In this document: positions 25,201 through 36,423 of the stretch, piece by piece
How the letters are laid out: each line of letters starts with the position of its first letter
Position numbering within the stretch: the first letter of the stretch is position 1
Assembly: GCA_965637545.1 (NCBI GenBank)
Contig: OZ281498.1
Span: 3,100,001 to 3,164,000, forward strand
Direction: 5' to 3'
Length of the DNA stretch: 64,000 nucleotides
Origin: Phallusia mammillata
Taxonomy: Eukaryota
Translations under genes and position numbers: made by a program
Notes under the pieces: model-generated
Seen by the model: the letters and a program-made list of their open reading frames with translations, nothing else
The model's database searches: none
Told to the model about the DNA's origin: nothing

Positions 25201-28200
25201 CAAAGACGCCATTGAATAAGCCTACAGCGTGTGTCAATTACAAAACCGCAATGGCCCACTTGATGGGAGTAGTGAGTAACTACGCCAGAGCGATGTCGTT
25301 CTGAGTCAAAGATTGTGATATTAGATACTCCATATCAACACTTTCCAGCGAAATTGCGGCCCCAATAAAAATCAATCTTATCGGTAACGTGATTTAAATT
25401 GCTGCCCCGTGGAATTGGCTGATAATAGTTGTGACATCATCGCCCTACTAAGTTAGCGCTTTGTTTTCCTCTCGAGGAAAAGGGCAAGGCGGCTACCTGG
25501 GATTTTCCACTTCAGAGGAATCAATGACCTGTAGTGTACAACCCGGGATCAAAGCTACCGGAATGCAAATTTAGCACTCAAACGTATAAACAAAACTTTG
25601 ACACAATTTTGCTGCGGATAAAATTGGGCAATTTAAAAATCACTTTGTGACCTAAGAAAATTATTTTTGTACCACAGTCCAGAAAATATTTTTTAACTGT
25701 GTTGTGTATCGCTTATTGCCAGAGCTTTTGATAACGCAGTGTAGCTGTTAGACAATGTTTATTCTGTCGCAAGTTTTCACCATTAGTGGTGTTTTTGCGA
25801 CATGCTGTTGAAGAAAACAGCTTTGAAACTGTGGGAAACAATATACAATGGGACACAACATCAACCGCAAAAAGGATGGTGGAAAAATTTATGGAATGCC
25901 AGAAATATCTCCACTGTATAATGTTAGCAAGTAGAAATCTAAAACGCATTTTTCGACGAAAACTTCTACGAATGGTAGATGTATCGCCCTTCGCAGTAAT
26001 AGCTTTTGACTTGCGCTCCGTAGAACAGTTTACGTGCCAAATACCGACGATACCGCAGCCCTAACATTGGTTACATAATTAGCGATCGACAGCAAAGTAA
26101 AGTTTGTATTCTTACACAGATAGCAACAATCCATTTTGCCAGCAAGCGCGAGCATTTGAATAATTGAAAACCTCGTTGGTTGGTCTTGTCACTCCCGATT
26201 TCATTACCGGCGAAACAAAACCTTTTAAGCCGGCGAATGTTTAGAAATTCTGCGCGCCGATAAGTAGGAGTTTGTTGACGATCTTTGAAACATTAATATT
26301 GCGATAATCTGCTCGATTTTTCGACTGTGACTGAGGACATGGCAGACCTCAATTTTTCACAAGAAATGTTCTTGTGTTGCTGGTAGCTTGTCGATGGCTT
26401 AGTGGCGAGTACCGATGTAATTCGCCAACTGTTTGTGCACGATTTTCAGCAAGTTGACAAGTAAGTGAAATTCTCCCCGATGACGACAGACATGGAAAAT
26501 ACAAACCGTTTTAAAGTCTCCACCCGAATGAAATAAATGTAATCGCCGACGCGACGCCTATATCCGTGTCAATGGGAGAGCACGCCAGAATGCTTATCGT
26601 GTGGGTCAAAATCCTTTTCTATATTCATCTTAGTGTGCCTATTTTCACAAACAAGGAAATTTACATGTCGCAATCGCTCATTTTTGACCCACCTCTTTCT
26701 ACACAGGACTACGCTGTGGTCTACGCCTCCCACGTGGCCCACCGCGACGAGCAAGTATTTCCGCGACCGGATGAATTCCTTCCTGAGCGCTGGACGACTT
26801 GGTGGGTTTCAAATATCCGTTATACTATAGGTTTTATACTTAACAGGGCCTAAGAAAATATAACTAAATTGAATAATGTTTAGGTACACTATTCACGGTT
26901 TTGAATAATCTGAGCAAAAAAATCAGAGCCAATATAAGAAAAGAAATTTCTTATAACCTGACGATGACAATAGTACTTGTCGAAACGTAGTTATGCTCTA
27001 CACAAATATATTGGCTCTGATTTTTTTGCTCTGAATAATGTTTGTTAGACAATATTGGATAGGACAGTATACGCCACTTGTAGGCCTTGTTAAGATTGTC
27101 TTTCTTTTTTCAAGAAGCATTTGTTTGTAGTCAGCCTTTTTTGTATATAACAACAGCACATGTATGATTTGTTGTAGGTAAAAAAACGTTTGAGCCTTAA
27201 GAAACCGTTTCGTTGCAACACTTGTAATTTTTGTCTTCAATTGTTTAATGCCGACGGGTAAAAGATACCGATCTAACTGATAATTATCAATTATAATTTG
27301 TAGGCTGTTGGGTAGTTATGGTATGTCTTAATATAGGCAGATTTGATAAACGTATGGACTTACTAAGGTGAATGTCATCTTTAAAAATGAATGAGGCTCT
27401 ATGAAATTCCCCATCGTGGTTGTAAGATTATAGACATTGGGCATTGAAATAACGGGTTTCAACCGCTGGGTTATATTTTCATCGTTCGGTCCCTTTCATT
27501 TGGGACATGTGTCACCCGACACTCCCAAGCTATTGCGTCACCCCGGACATGGATTTGAATCTGATCGGAGACATCAAATATTCATTGCTCTTATCAAATG
27601 CACATTTGTACTGACAACTGGCTGGAGAGCTTTGAAGGCCTTAATTGTTACCTCTTATCTTATGTGTGGCCGCGCTGCAATTGTTAATTATGAAGGATAC
27701 AAACACTATTTTCGGATTACAGTGCTTATAAAGCTAAGCGTAAATATGAATAAAAATCAAAAGTACGTTAAAGTCCATAAGTGTCAATGCAGGTTTCGAA
27801 CTGAATACATATTCCCTATCCTAACGCCTTGTGTTCTTAAACATCATTGACTCTGCCAACAGTAAAGTAAGCTGAAACGCTCAGGATGTCATTCGGGAAA
27901 TAATTGTTGCCGGTCTGACGAACCGCTAAAAGTTCAAATGCCAAAAAATGGTGTCATATGTATTGATATCATAAATCTATGATAAAATCTTTTGACAATC
28001 TTCGCATGCTTTTAATGCTATCTATGATATTTTGTCTTATCGTTGTTTTCACTGTTAGACAGTAACATAATTACAATAATCGTTGAAATTTCGCGACGAT
28101 GCTGACGAATACCGGATCATTTACTTGAGAAAATTTATCTACTCGTCACTAGCAGGCTTACCAAAACACACACGCATCACGACGACCTCTAAAAATGAAC

Positions 28201-29302
28201 AGTTTTTTTTTTCTTTTCCCATGAAACTTATTTCTCCACAATAGTGGATTGTATTCTGACAATTGAAACCACATGTATAAAAGGGAAACCTTAACACTAA
28301 TGACGATAATTGTTTGACTAATGTCTCGTCGTCGTAACACGAAACATTGGATCATATCGTCTGTTTTTCATCCATTTGCTTTGTTACAAATTGCTCATGA
28401 CGCAGATGTTTCAAAACAATAATTTTGTTAAACTGACGACCTCGATTTATAAATCCGGTCGTGGTTCCTTAATTCCTTTGACTCGAAAACAAATTACAGG
28501 TTCCAAAAAGCCTTCAATTAGACGATATGGAAAATAAAAGAAGTGAAATAAGGAAATCATACGTTTGTTAGTCACTATTTTTTGTCAACTGTTTTGCACA
28601 CTTGCTGGCCGCCTGTGACTACATGTTTTTCTTGAAGAATTTGAGTGAATTGACGCACCCTGGTCAAGTGCCGGTTTCGCAAATTTGCAGTTGCCTGTTG
28701 ATTGGTTGGAGAAAGGTTCATGACATTGTTTTCGACGCGTGTTTGTGGCATTTTATGATTTTTGTGCTTTGCGCTTTCAACCGCCATTATCTTGTAAACT
28801 TGACCGCACGGGCTGATACAAAAAAATAACGCTCTCAACGAAAACAGAGTCTTTGACGCAATAAAACGTGGACATATCGCTGAATCCATGTTTGCAACGA
28901 AGCGATTATGTGTTGTATGGACAGAAGCGTGCAACAATATGCTTTGACTGTAAACACAGAGCAGTCAGGCTACTTTGCACACGGATTTAGTGATTGCATT
29001 ATGTACACATATATGCTCGCCAAGCCATATTGACCCTTTGTAACCCGTAACTATTTGCAGCTTTTTTGTGCAGGAACTCCGACCACAGGGACCTTGTCTT
29101 TTGCTTCGGTGGTGGGCCACGTTGCTGCATTGGGCGAACGTTTATCGGGAACATCTTACGTGATGTTGCCGCCCGTCTACTACGCACCTACGACTGGGAA
29201 ATGAACCCTACCGACCAGGAGATTAACTACAAGTATCTTCCGGTGGCACGCCCCGAAAACGCCACCACTGTCAAGTTTCAATCAATCTGCGATGTACACT
29301 GA
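22206..29302 (+). CDS. Cytochrome P450, CYP26-clan-like (CYP16/CYP120-like), 10 exons
   Basis: Exons 22206-22279, 22342-22466, 22581-22737, 22848-22883, 23101-23237, 23527-23658, 24241-24395, 24886-25029, 26707-26801, 29074-29302. Motifs: PGRCGYPVIGET (proline-rich hinge), EVERLWPP (ExxR), FLPERW (PERF), FGGGPRCCIG (heme Cys). Confidence 0.93.
26910..27031. mobile_element. 122-bp hairpin mini-element enclosing the hammerhead
   Basis: Perfect 25-bp inverted repeat (26912-26936 / 27007-27031) and 8-bp direct repeat TGAATAAT on both sides (26902-26909 / 27032-27039). Confidence 0.75.
26953..26994 (+). ncRNA. Minimal type I hammerhead ribozyme (Penelope-like element type)
   Basis: Helix I ATAAC/GTTAT; core CTGACGA (26958-26964) plus one extra U; helix II GACAA/TTGTC with a 6-nt loop; GAAA; palindromic ACGU helix III; GUA cleavage triplet (26987-26989). 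Confidence 0.85.
27040..27680 (-). mobile_element. Highly decayed Penelope-like RT remnant (C-terminal RT/thumb region)
   Basis: Frame-shifted minus-strand pieces FLKMTFTLVSPYVY, KSAYIKTYHNYPTAYK and QKLQVLQRNGF resemble the PLE pattern FLD...VYRKPT...HP...K...L..NGY; it adjoins the hammerhead. Many stops. Confidence 0.45.
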
Positions 29303-32300
29303 GATATGGCCCTTTTTGGTAACAGTTGTAAACCAACTGAACAATTGCAGCATTAATATTTATCAGATGTTGTGTACATTGAGAAAGCGCAATGGGATTC
29401 ACACTTTAAAGTGATAAAGTCATATTATCCTTAATGCATATAAAAATGTTATCGAACAGGTAAATACTTGCGGTTCCCGTTCAACACCTTCATTGCAGCG
29501 ACATGAACCGACTACAGTATCAAAAACCATTTCTGTTGCGGTTCTAAATACCAGATCTTATCGCTATTTTTCTCTGCACGCCGCACTTCGTCCAAATTTC
29601 GCAACTTCTCAAACTTCTATAACATTTCCAGCTTGCGCGCACACGGTACGATGTCTATTGCGTAAACTTTGCTGCGCTTCCACGATTCCACTATAAAATA
29701 CTTAAGAAATGCAACCACTTGCCAACCGAGTTTTGGGCAAACAACCGGACTGGTTTGTCGAAGATACAATCAGTTATGAATCAGTTTCGCTTGGAGGCCG
29801 GTCAGCACCACTGGTTGGCAACCGAAGCTGACCACTTTAGCCCGCCGGAACCGAACTTGGTTGTGATTAATCTAATCCGAATTCCACGATAATGTCACTT
29901 GGCCAAGTTTCTGCCGCAAAGGGTTATTTTTGCACAACCTTGAATATTTTTAGCCAGACTCTTTCGATCTTGGCTAGCCGGTGTATTTTTATGCTCTGTA
30001 TGATTTATCCCGGTGACGAAGCGACAATTTTGCGATTTAAAAGTAAATGGCTTGTCCGGTCCCTACGGCTGGCGATGATTAGGTGCCGGGTGTGAGTGTC
30101 GTGGCCGCGACGGTGACATTGTGCGATATCACTAAAAACATTTTTACAAAAATACCGTATGAAAAAGTGCGCTTGCGGCAATTTATTCCCGATTCTCCGG
30201 TAAATGTAAAACTTTGGTGTTTTGTGTTATGAAAACCCAAGCACGAACAAACAATAGCTGTTTCGCTGACTTGGTTTACGCGCGGTTTGCGCCAAATGAT
30301 ACATCGTCATTTTCCTAGAAGTACGGTCAAGTACGGGAAACAACCTACAAACCTGCGGCCCAAAACTCGCTTCGCGTCGTTCGAATTAATGGTTTCGTTC
30401 AATCGTAAGTGCGAGGCAAAGACTAATGTGCGACCTTCAGCATCTGTATCCGCCCCTTGTTAAAGTCGTCGTTGTTGCCATTCGGACGACTGCCATTCCA
30501 GGTGAATCGCAGGTCAGCTTTGAATCGGCTTGTTTTTCAATTTTGATGATTCGCACTGTTGTGATGATTATGACGCCGCCGCCAGGGACACGTCACGCGC
30601 CACTTCCAATCAGTCACATCCTTAGAAAGGTTGCATAGACTTACAACAGGTGCCCGACCGCGGAGATGTTTGGACTGTAGTTTATTATGTTGCCATTGTG
30701 CACAGATTTGAGGGTACCAATACGCAAAAGCGATGATATCAGCTGTTTTTTGCACTTGCGGCTCAGTTACCTACAATTAACATTATCTTTTGGCGTTTCA
30801 CTAATGAAAATACGTGTTTATTCCAAAAACTGTAACATACATATACTTTCCTTGATTCGACCAGTAATTAAAACTAGAACGGAACGGTTGAATTTTTTTA
30901 GTTTAAAAGTTGCATTGAAAAAAGAACTGAAAATCGTTTCTACACAATTCCATTGGCATGAAATTTATTGAGTAATAATTTCCTTGTTATTTGCAATATT
31001 TTTTATCATTGTGGGATTGGTTTAAAAAATAGTATTGAATTATCTTGCAAAACGGCAATTCTTTCCAAGAAATGAAAATAGTTAAATAAGTAATGGATGT
31101 GGTTTTAAAAATGTAAATAAATTTGTTGCATTTTTCCGCTCCACCTTTCATTACTGTACTGCCCAGGTTTTGCACCTACTCTTCAAATAATGGGCCTGGC
31201 GTACCGTTACTCTTCAAATAAAAAAGTTTACCTGCCGCACCAAGCTCCAATTTATGTAATATACGGTGCAGCCACCTGGCAATTTTGCATTTAGCAATAA
31301 TTTTGTTTTAAGATTTCCATACGTGTTTTGTATGCTCGTCTTTCTTCAAGTGACCAGAAAATGTATGCACGAAATCTCGACGCACTTTACACACACGCAC
31401 CTTCACCTCAATCAGTCTATTAATGCTTTAATGTTTCTGCGAGATTTTTCTAACGCTTTTTTCGTCCGCCCAAAACATTTATTTTATTCTCGATTGGACT
31501 TGACATAGAAAATTGTATATGCAAATAAACGCGGATCCAAGTGTGTGTGCTGGTTATGTGTTAGCCTAAAAGCATGTTAAGTCGAGGTCAGCAAACTGTC
31601 ATTGGACGAATAACGCGATTAACTAATACTACAGTGCATGTCATGAATAGTCTTGCCATGGACCTGGGTATTCATTAGAATGTAATTAGTCACGTACAAA
31701 AACAATCATTTGCTAGCTCTTTATCATTGCTTACAGCTACGCTAACTAATTTGAAGTAATTGAACGAGATAATACGCCAGATCCAATAAAATAAACCAGT
31801 TTTGTTTTCGTATATTGTTAGAAAATAGCTGTTTCATTGGTTTGGAAAAATGCCAAACGTTTGCAGCATTGCAAGTTTGGGTTGCTGCTGTAATTTACTT
31901 TCTAATTTCATTTGGCACACTTCCTTGCTAATCTAAGCTTTATTAACACGGGGCGTTTGACGCAGATGTGCGCACGTCTATTATTGTTGTCTTTCTCCTT
32001 TTCACTTTTATGTTCTTGCTTCAACATCTTACTCATGTTGCTTACGCACGTTGTGGTGTTTTGATTTGCGTCTCAAGCCCCGGCGGAAAGCCAAAATTGG
32101 CACTGGAGCTTACGCAAAACAAAAATACTTTTGCGTCGTTACGCACTCTGGCAGCAGTTCAATTTGCGTGCTCACGTTTTATTTTGCGTGCTCACGCACG
32201 CCTGTTTGTTTTACAGTGCGTCGTTACGCAACGTGATAACGTTAAATGTCAGGCAAAATTTTAAAATGTTGTCGGTATATTTGAATTGGCCATGAGCGAC

Positions 32301-33195
32301 GAAACATCTATTGTTTGCTGGTGAACTATCGCGGAACTCCAAAGTTTGCTGCACGCTGCATTGCCACTTTTTTGTTTGGCCTTTTTTACTCCTTAAATTG
32401 CCATTTTAGGTAGTGTCAACTGACGTTTCGTATAAAATCATATTTCTTAGAAAGAAAATCAAACACGCTTAATTGTTTAGCTGACCTATAATTGCTCCGT
32501 CCAGATAAATAAGATTGCACGTCACTCAAAATTACATGAGGCTCAAAACAACACAATCTTAAACTGTGGCAGTGCAACCATAAATGGTTTGTAAATTTTT
32601 AATGGGTACATAAATATTGTTCGTTCTGTTAAAAATAACCTCTAAACAGGCAAAAACTATCAAAATAAATTATTCTGTTCTCAAACCCTCCAGACACATA
32701 AGCTTTCAGAGATACCGCAGCAAAATTTTGTTATTTCTTCAATGTTTGTCTCTTTAAGGACGAATTAGCGGTCGTCTGAAAGTAGCGCTGTGATGTTGCC
32801 CAGTATAACACACCCATCCAAATTGCTTTTCTTCGGTCAACGTGGTTTTTCACAATCATGCTGGAATGAAGTGAGATGTAGACAGCAATAAAAAAAATTG
32901 GTTACTTATTGCACAAGATAAAAAAAACGGAGCAAAGTTTGAAAATAATTATGCGCCTCTAAGCCTCTAATCTCAATTTAATTACTGCTGTGTGAGTAAA
33001 AGTTTGCCACTGCCCAAACCTCTGGTAAGCGTGACATGTCGCGAGGTCAAAAAACAAGGGGAATCACATTGTTTTATGTTACAATTATATTTTCGATGAC
33101 ACACGTTTTATTAGGATCAGTCTGTTAACGACAAACTACATTTTAGTGAAACAAATGATTATCCCCAAATGAAGCCCAAAACGTTGTGTTGTAGG

Positions 33196-33350
33196 CAGGT
33201 TTTTTTAAGGTTTGGTTTGGGTGACCGCTAAGTAGTTTTAAGAGACCGCAAGTGTTTCATTTAAATACCAAAAACTGTAGTTGTAGTTGCAAGTCCAAAT
33301 TTTGGGAAACCGCCGAAACGGTCCCCCAAAACACCTTTAAAAAAACACTG
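33196..33350. mobile_element. hAT-type MITE, 155 bp
   Basis: CAGGTTTTTTTAAGG...CCTTTAAAAAAACACTG with perfect 8-bp TSD GTTGTAGG. Confidence 0.9.
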
Positions 33351-34088
33351 GTTGTAGGTCGAAAGCAGGTTGAAAGCCGATACGATGCCGAAAATGCCAC
33401 CGACAGGACAATTCCACTATTGAGGGTCCGCCCAAAAACAGTCTTGACCAATTTATTTACACCACACCTTAACGCCATCAAATAGCTTTCGATTCCTCGT
33501 GCGATCTCCTTCCAGCGGCGGTTAGGAATCGTCGCAAGGAGTGGCGATTATATTGATAATAAACTCTGCTACCGGCAATAAATAACGTCAGCAGTGCACC
33601 AGTTTGCAAATAAAGACCAAATATGTTCTGATCATGACTGATTTACAAGCCAACTGGTCCCGAAACCCACTGACATAACACGTTCGCAAAAAAACAGGTT
33701 GTTGTTATGACAGAACAATGGAATAAGCTGCTTTTCTGGGAAAGTGATTCTTTCAAACTTTTGCGTGTATTTTAAAGGCAATAATAGCTCACAGCAACTG
33801 TTTGGTGGAGATGCTAAATGCAGATAAGAGAGAAGGTGACGTAACATGTAACGCCGAATTATCCGACCGTAAGCCGATCTAAATTTCGGAAAGCGAGCGG
33901 GCGCTCTCGCAGCGAAGTTTCGGATTCTACGAAACGATGTATAATGTTTATTTAGGCGCGCGTTTTCACACATAAACATTTCGAACAAACTTTGTAAAAC
34001 ATTTCAAACAAAGCATGACCACACGATTTCTGACGAGCATATTTAACAGTTCATGCGTTGTTAACGTTCTAAATTCCATTAAAAACCC

Positions 34089-34286
34089 CAGTGCCGGATT
34101 AACCATTAGGCAAAGTATAGGCACGTGCCTACAGGCCAGTCAAAAATCCAGGCCACTTTACAACAACGATCTTTGTAAAAATGATTTGGCAACACTGATA
34201 ATTCTATTTTTTTTAGTTGGCAACCCTGATTTTAGGGCCACTTATAAAATGTGCCTACAGGCCAGCAGACCCTTAATCCGGCACTG
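34089..34286. mobile_element. hAT-type MITE, 198 bp
   Basis: TIR CAGTGCCGGATTAA...TTAATCCGGCACTG; TSD AAAAACCC / AAAAGCCC; internal duplicated GTGCCTACAGGCCAG. Confidence 0.88.
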
Positions 34287-36423
34287 AAAAGCCCATGTAC
34301 AGCAATGTCACTGAATAGAGAAGTCGAACCCAAATTTTAAAGAATTTGTTTTACAATCTATGCCTTAAAATGCCATGATTCGTTTAAATCACGAAATACA
34401 AATTGAAACGTTTCGCGTTTCGACAAATCTTTTGCGTTAATTACTAAGCCCATGTAAAATATTTGCTTCGGTTATTTTACAGCTGATGAGTCACAAGTTA
34501 GGTGCTGTAAGTGGCGGTTGACGTTCTGACGTTGAGATTTTGCTTCCTACACAAACCCGCACGATAAAATCTGTCAGGTGCTTAAGTTATTCCACCGCTT
34601 CATGCAAGTGTACATGACAAGTTTAAGTAAAAATACATTTTGGGTGTTGGTATTGTTTTTAGAACTTAGTTGCAGAGTTCCATGTGCCATGCAAATGTCA
34701 AAAAACGTTATGACAACCTATACCTGTGATCAGCCATGAAACATATTTATTTTGGGAAGAAGCAAACCAGACTGAAATCTGATGCAAAATCAAAGTTCAG
34801 TGTAAACCGAATTTTGGGTATTGTTTTAGAAAAATTCCACATGTTTGACTGCGCGATGTGTTCTTTTAATCGACATAAAATACAACTCTTGCCTGTAAAC
34901 ACGACTTTTGTGAATAGTTGCCGGGGCATTTCACTTGAGTAACGCGTTAATTGCTACATGATTGGATAAAGTTATCTCCATTGACGTGTAGGTTTCCGCC
35001 TATGGTCAACACCGGTGGTGGATTATGCCCCAAAGCGCCTAATCAAGTCGATCTTATTGGCATATGTAGCTTTGAGGTGCGACCTTGTATCTGGTCTTTC
35101 GAAAAACGGCTACATGGAGTGTGCAATTACGATTAAAGCGTGAACTCCGCTTGCACTTTGAAAACAACGGTGTAAGGTGACTTTGGCGTTTTTAGATTAC
35201 TAAAGTTCATTTATACGTTTTTAAAACTTGCAATAGCGCGTGAACTGTATATAGCATAAGTTTCATTTCCGGAAAGCATTTTGCTTCGGGAAACGTGCTT
35301 GTATCGGGAGCAAGAATAACGATGACATGCCATGACTTATTGCCGTTTACTGACGCGGCAGATTATAGTGTTACGCATAGATTTGGTGAACGTAAGCTAT
35401 TATAAATCAAGGAGTAATTGCCTGTATTTATATATTTAGAATTAAAAAATCTTCCCATTATTCGCGAAAAACAATGTTATGTGCTGTATCACCTGGCCAC
35501 ACCGCATTGTTTGATAAAGTTAACACAAACTGTCGTGTTGAGTTGCGAAGTCGAGTATCGTATGTGTTGTCAAGTTGCCTTCGAGGCAATGTGACTAAAT
35601 TCGTGCCGATCGACATTTGTAAGTTCTCCTGTTACTTTTATTTTTACAACAAAGGGAGAAATGTTCACAACATCTCGGTTTATTAAGTTATTCTCGTATA
35701 AACATGACACAACACATAAATCTATAAAGGGCGCAGAAATAGTCAGCATATAAATGGCTTTCAATCACATATATTTCAAGCCAAACGCGATCTGTGTAAT
35801 AAATTAAATAACACTACAGTTGACTGAATAAATTAGCAAATAAAATAAAAGCAACCACGATATGACTTAATTTTGTTAGAATAACAATAAAAACAGTCCG
35901 CCCACTCAGGGTCGATAAATAAATAAGTGACAAACGAAAAACATAGGACGTCATAACGTGTGTTACAGCGGTTACTCTTCAACAACAGATTTTCGGGACA
36001 ACTGCCTGCGTGTTGTCTTAGCCACAGCAGTGGTTGATTCTCCTTCCTCTTCCTATGGCACAGGTACAAACACGATTACCATTGCGAGCATGCAGTAAAA
36101 ATAATAATTCTGATCTGGAGAATAGGAGGAGTTTTGCATTCTGTGGTCAATTCAAGACAACACACGTGTTTAGAGTCAGGCAAGAAAACAATGGTAAAAC
36201 ACGATTGAAGAAATAAGTGCGAAAAAAGTTAAACTGAAACAAGTATGTGCACGCCATTTAATGACAAGCAGAAAATGTTACGGTAGTACGAAAGGCGAGA
36301 AAAATAATAAAAAATAGTCAAACATACCGGTCGTCGAATAAGATTGTGCTGTTAATTGCTGTGCAAAACGCAAAGGCGTTCCGGTGCAGATGAATTGGGC
36401 GATCGTCCAGCGCCTACACCGGG

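Noticed and set aside
25160-26560. Nested gene or LINE fragment in P450 intron 8
   Set aside because: Some protein-like stretches, but many stops in every frame and no recognisable motif; needs tBLASTx.
27920-28140. Further hammerheads at CTGACGA (near 27926 and 28105)
   Set aside because: No helix II, no correctly placed GAAA-NUH, no helix I pairing.
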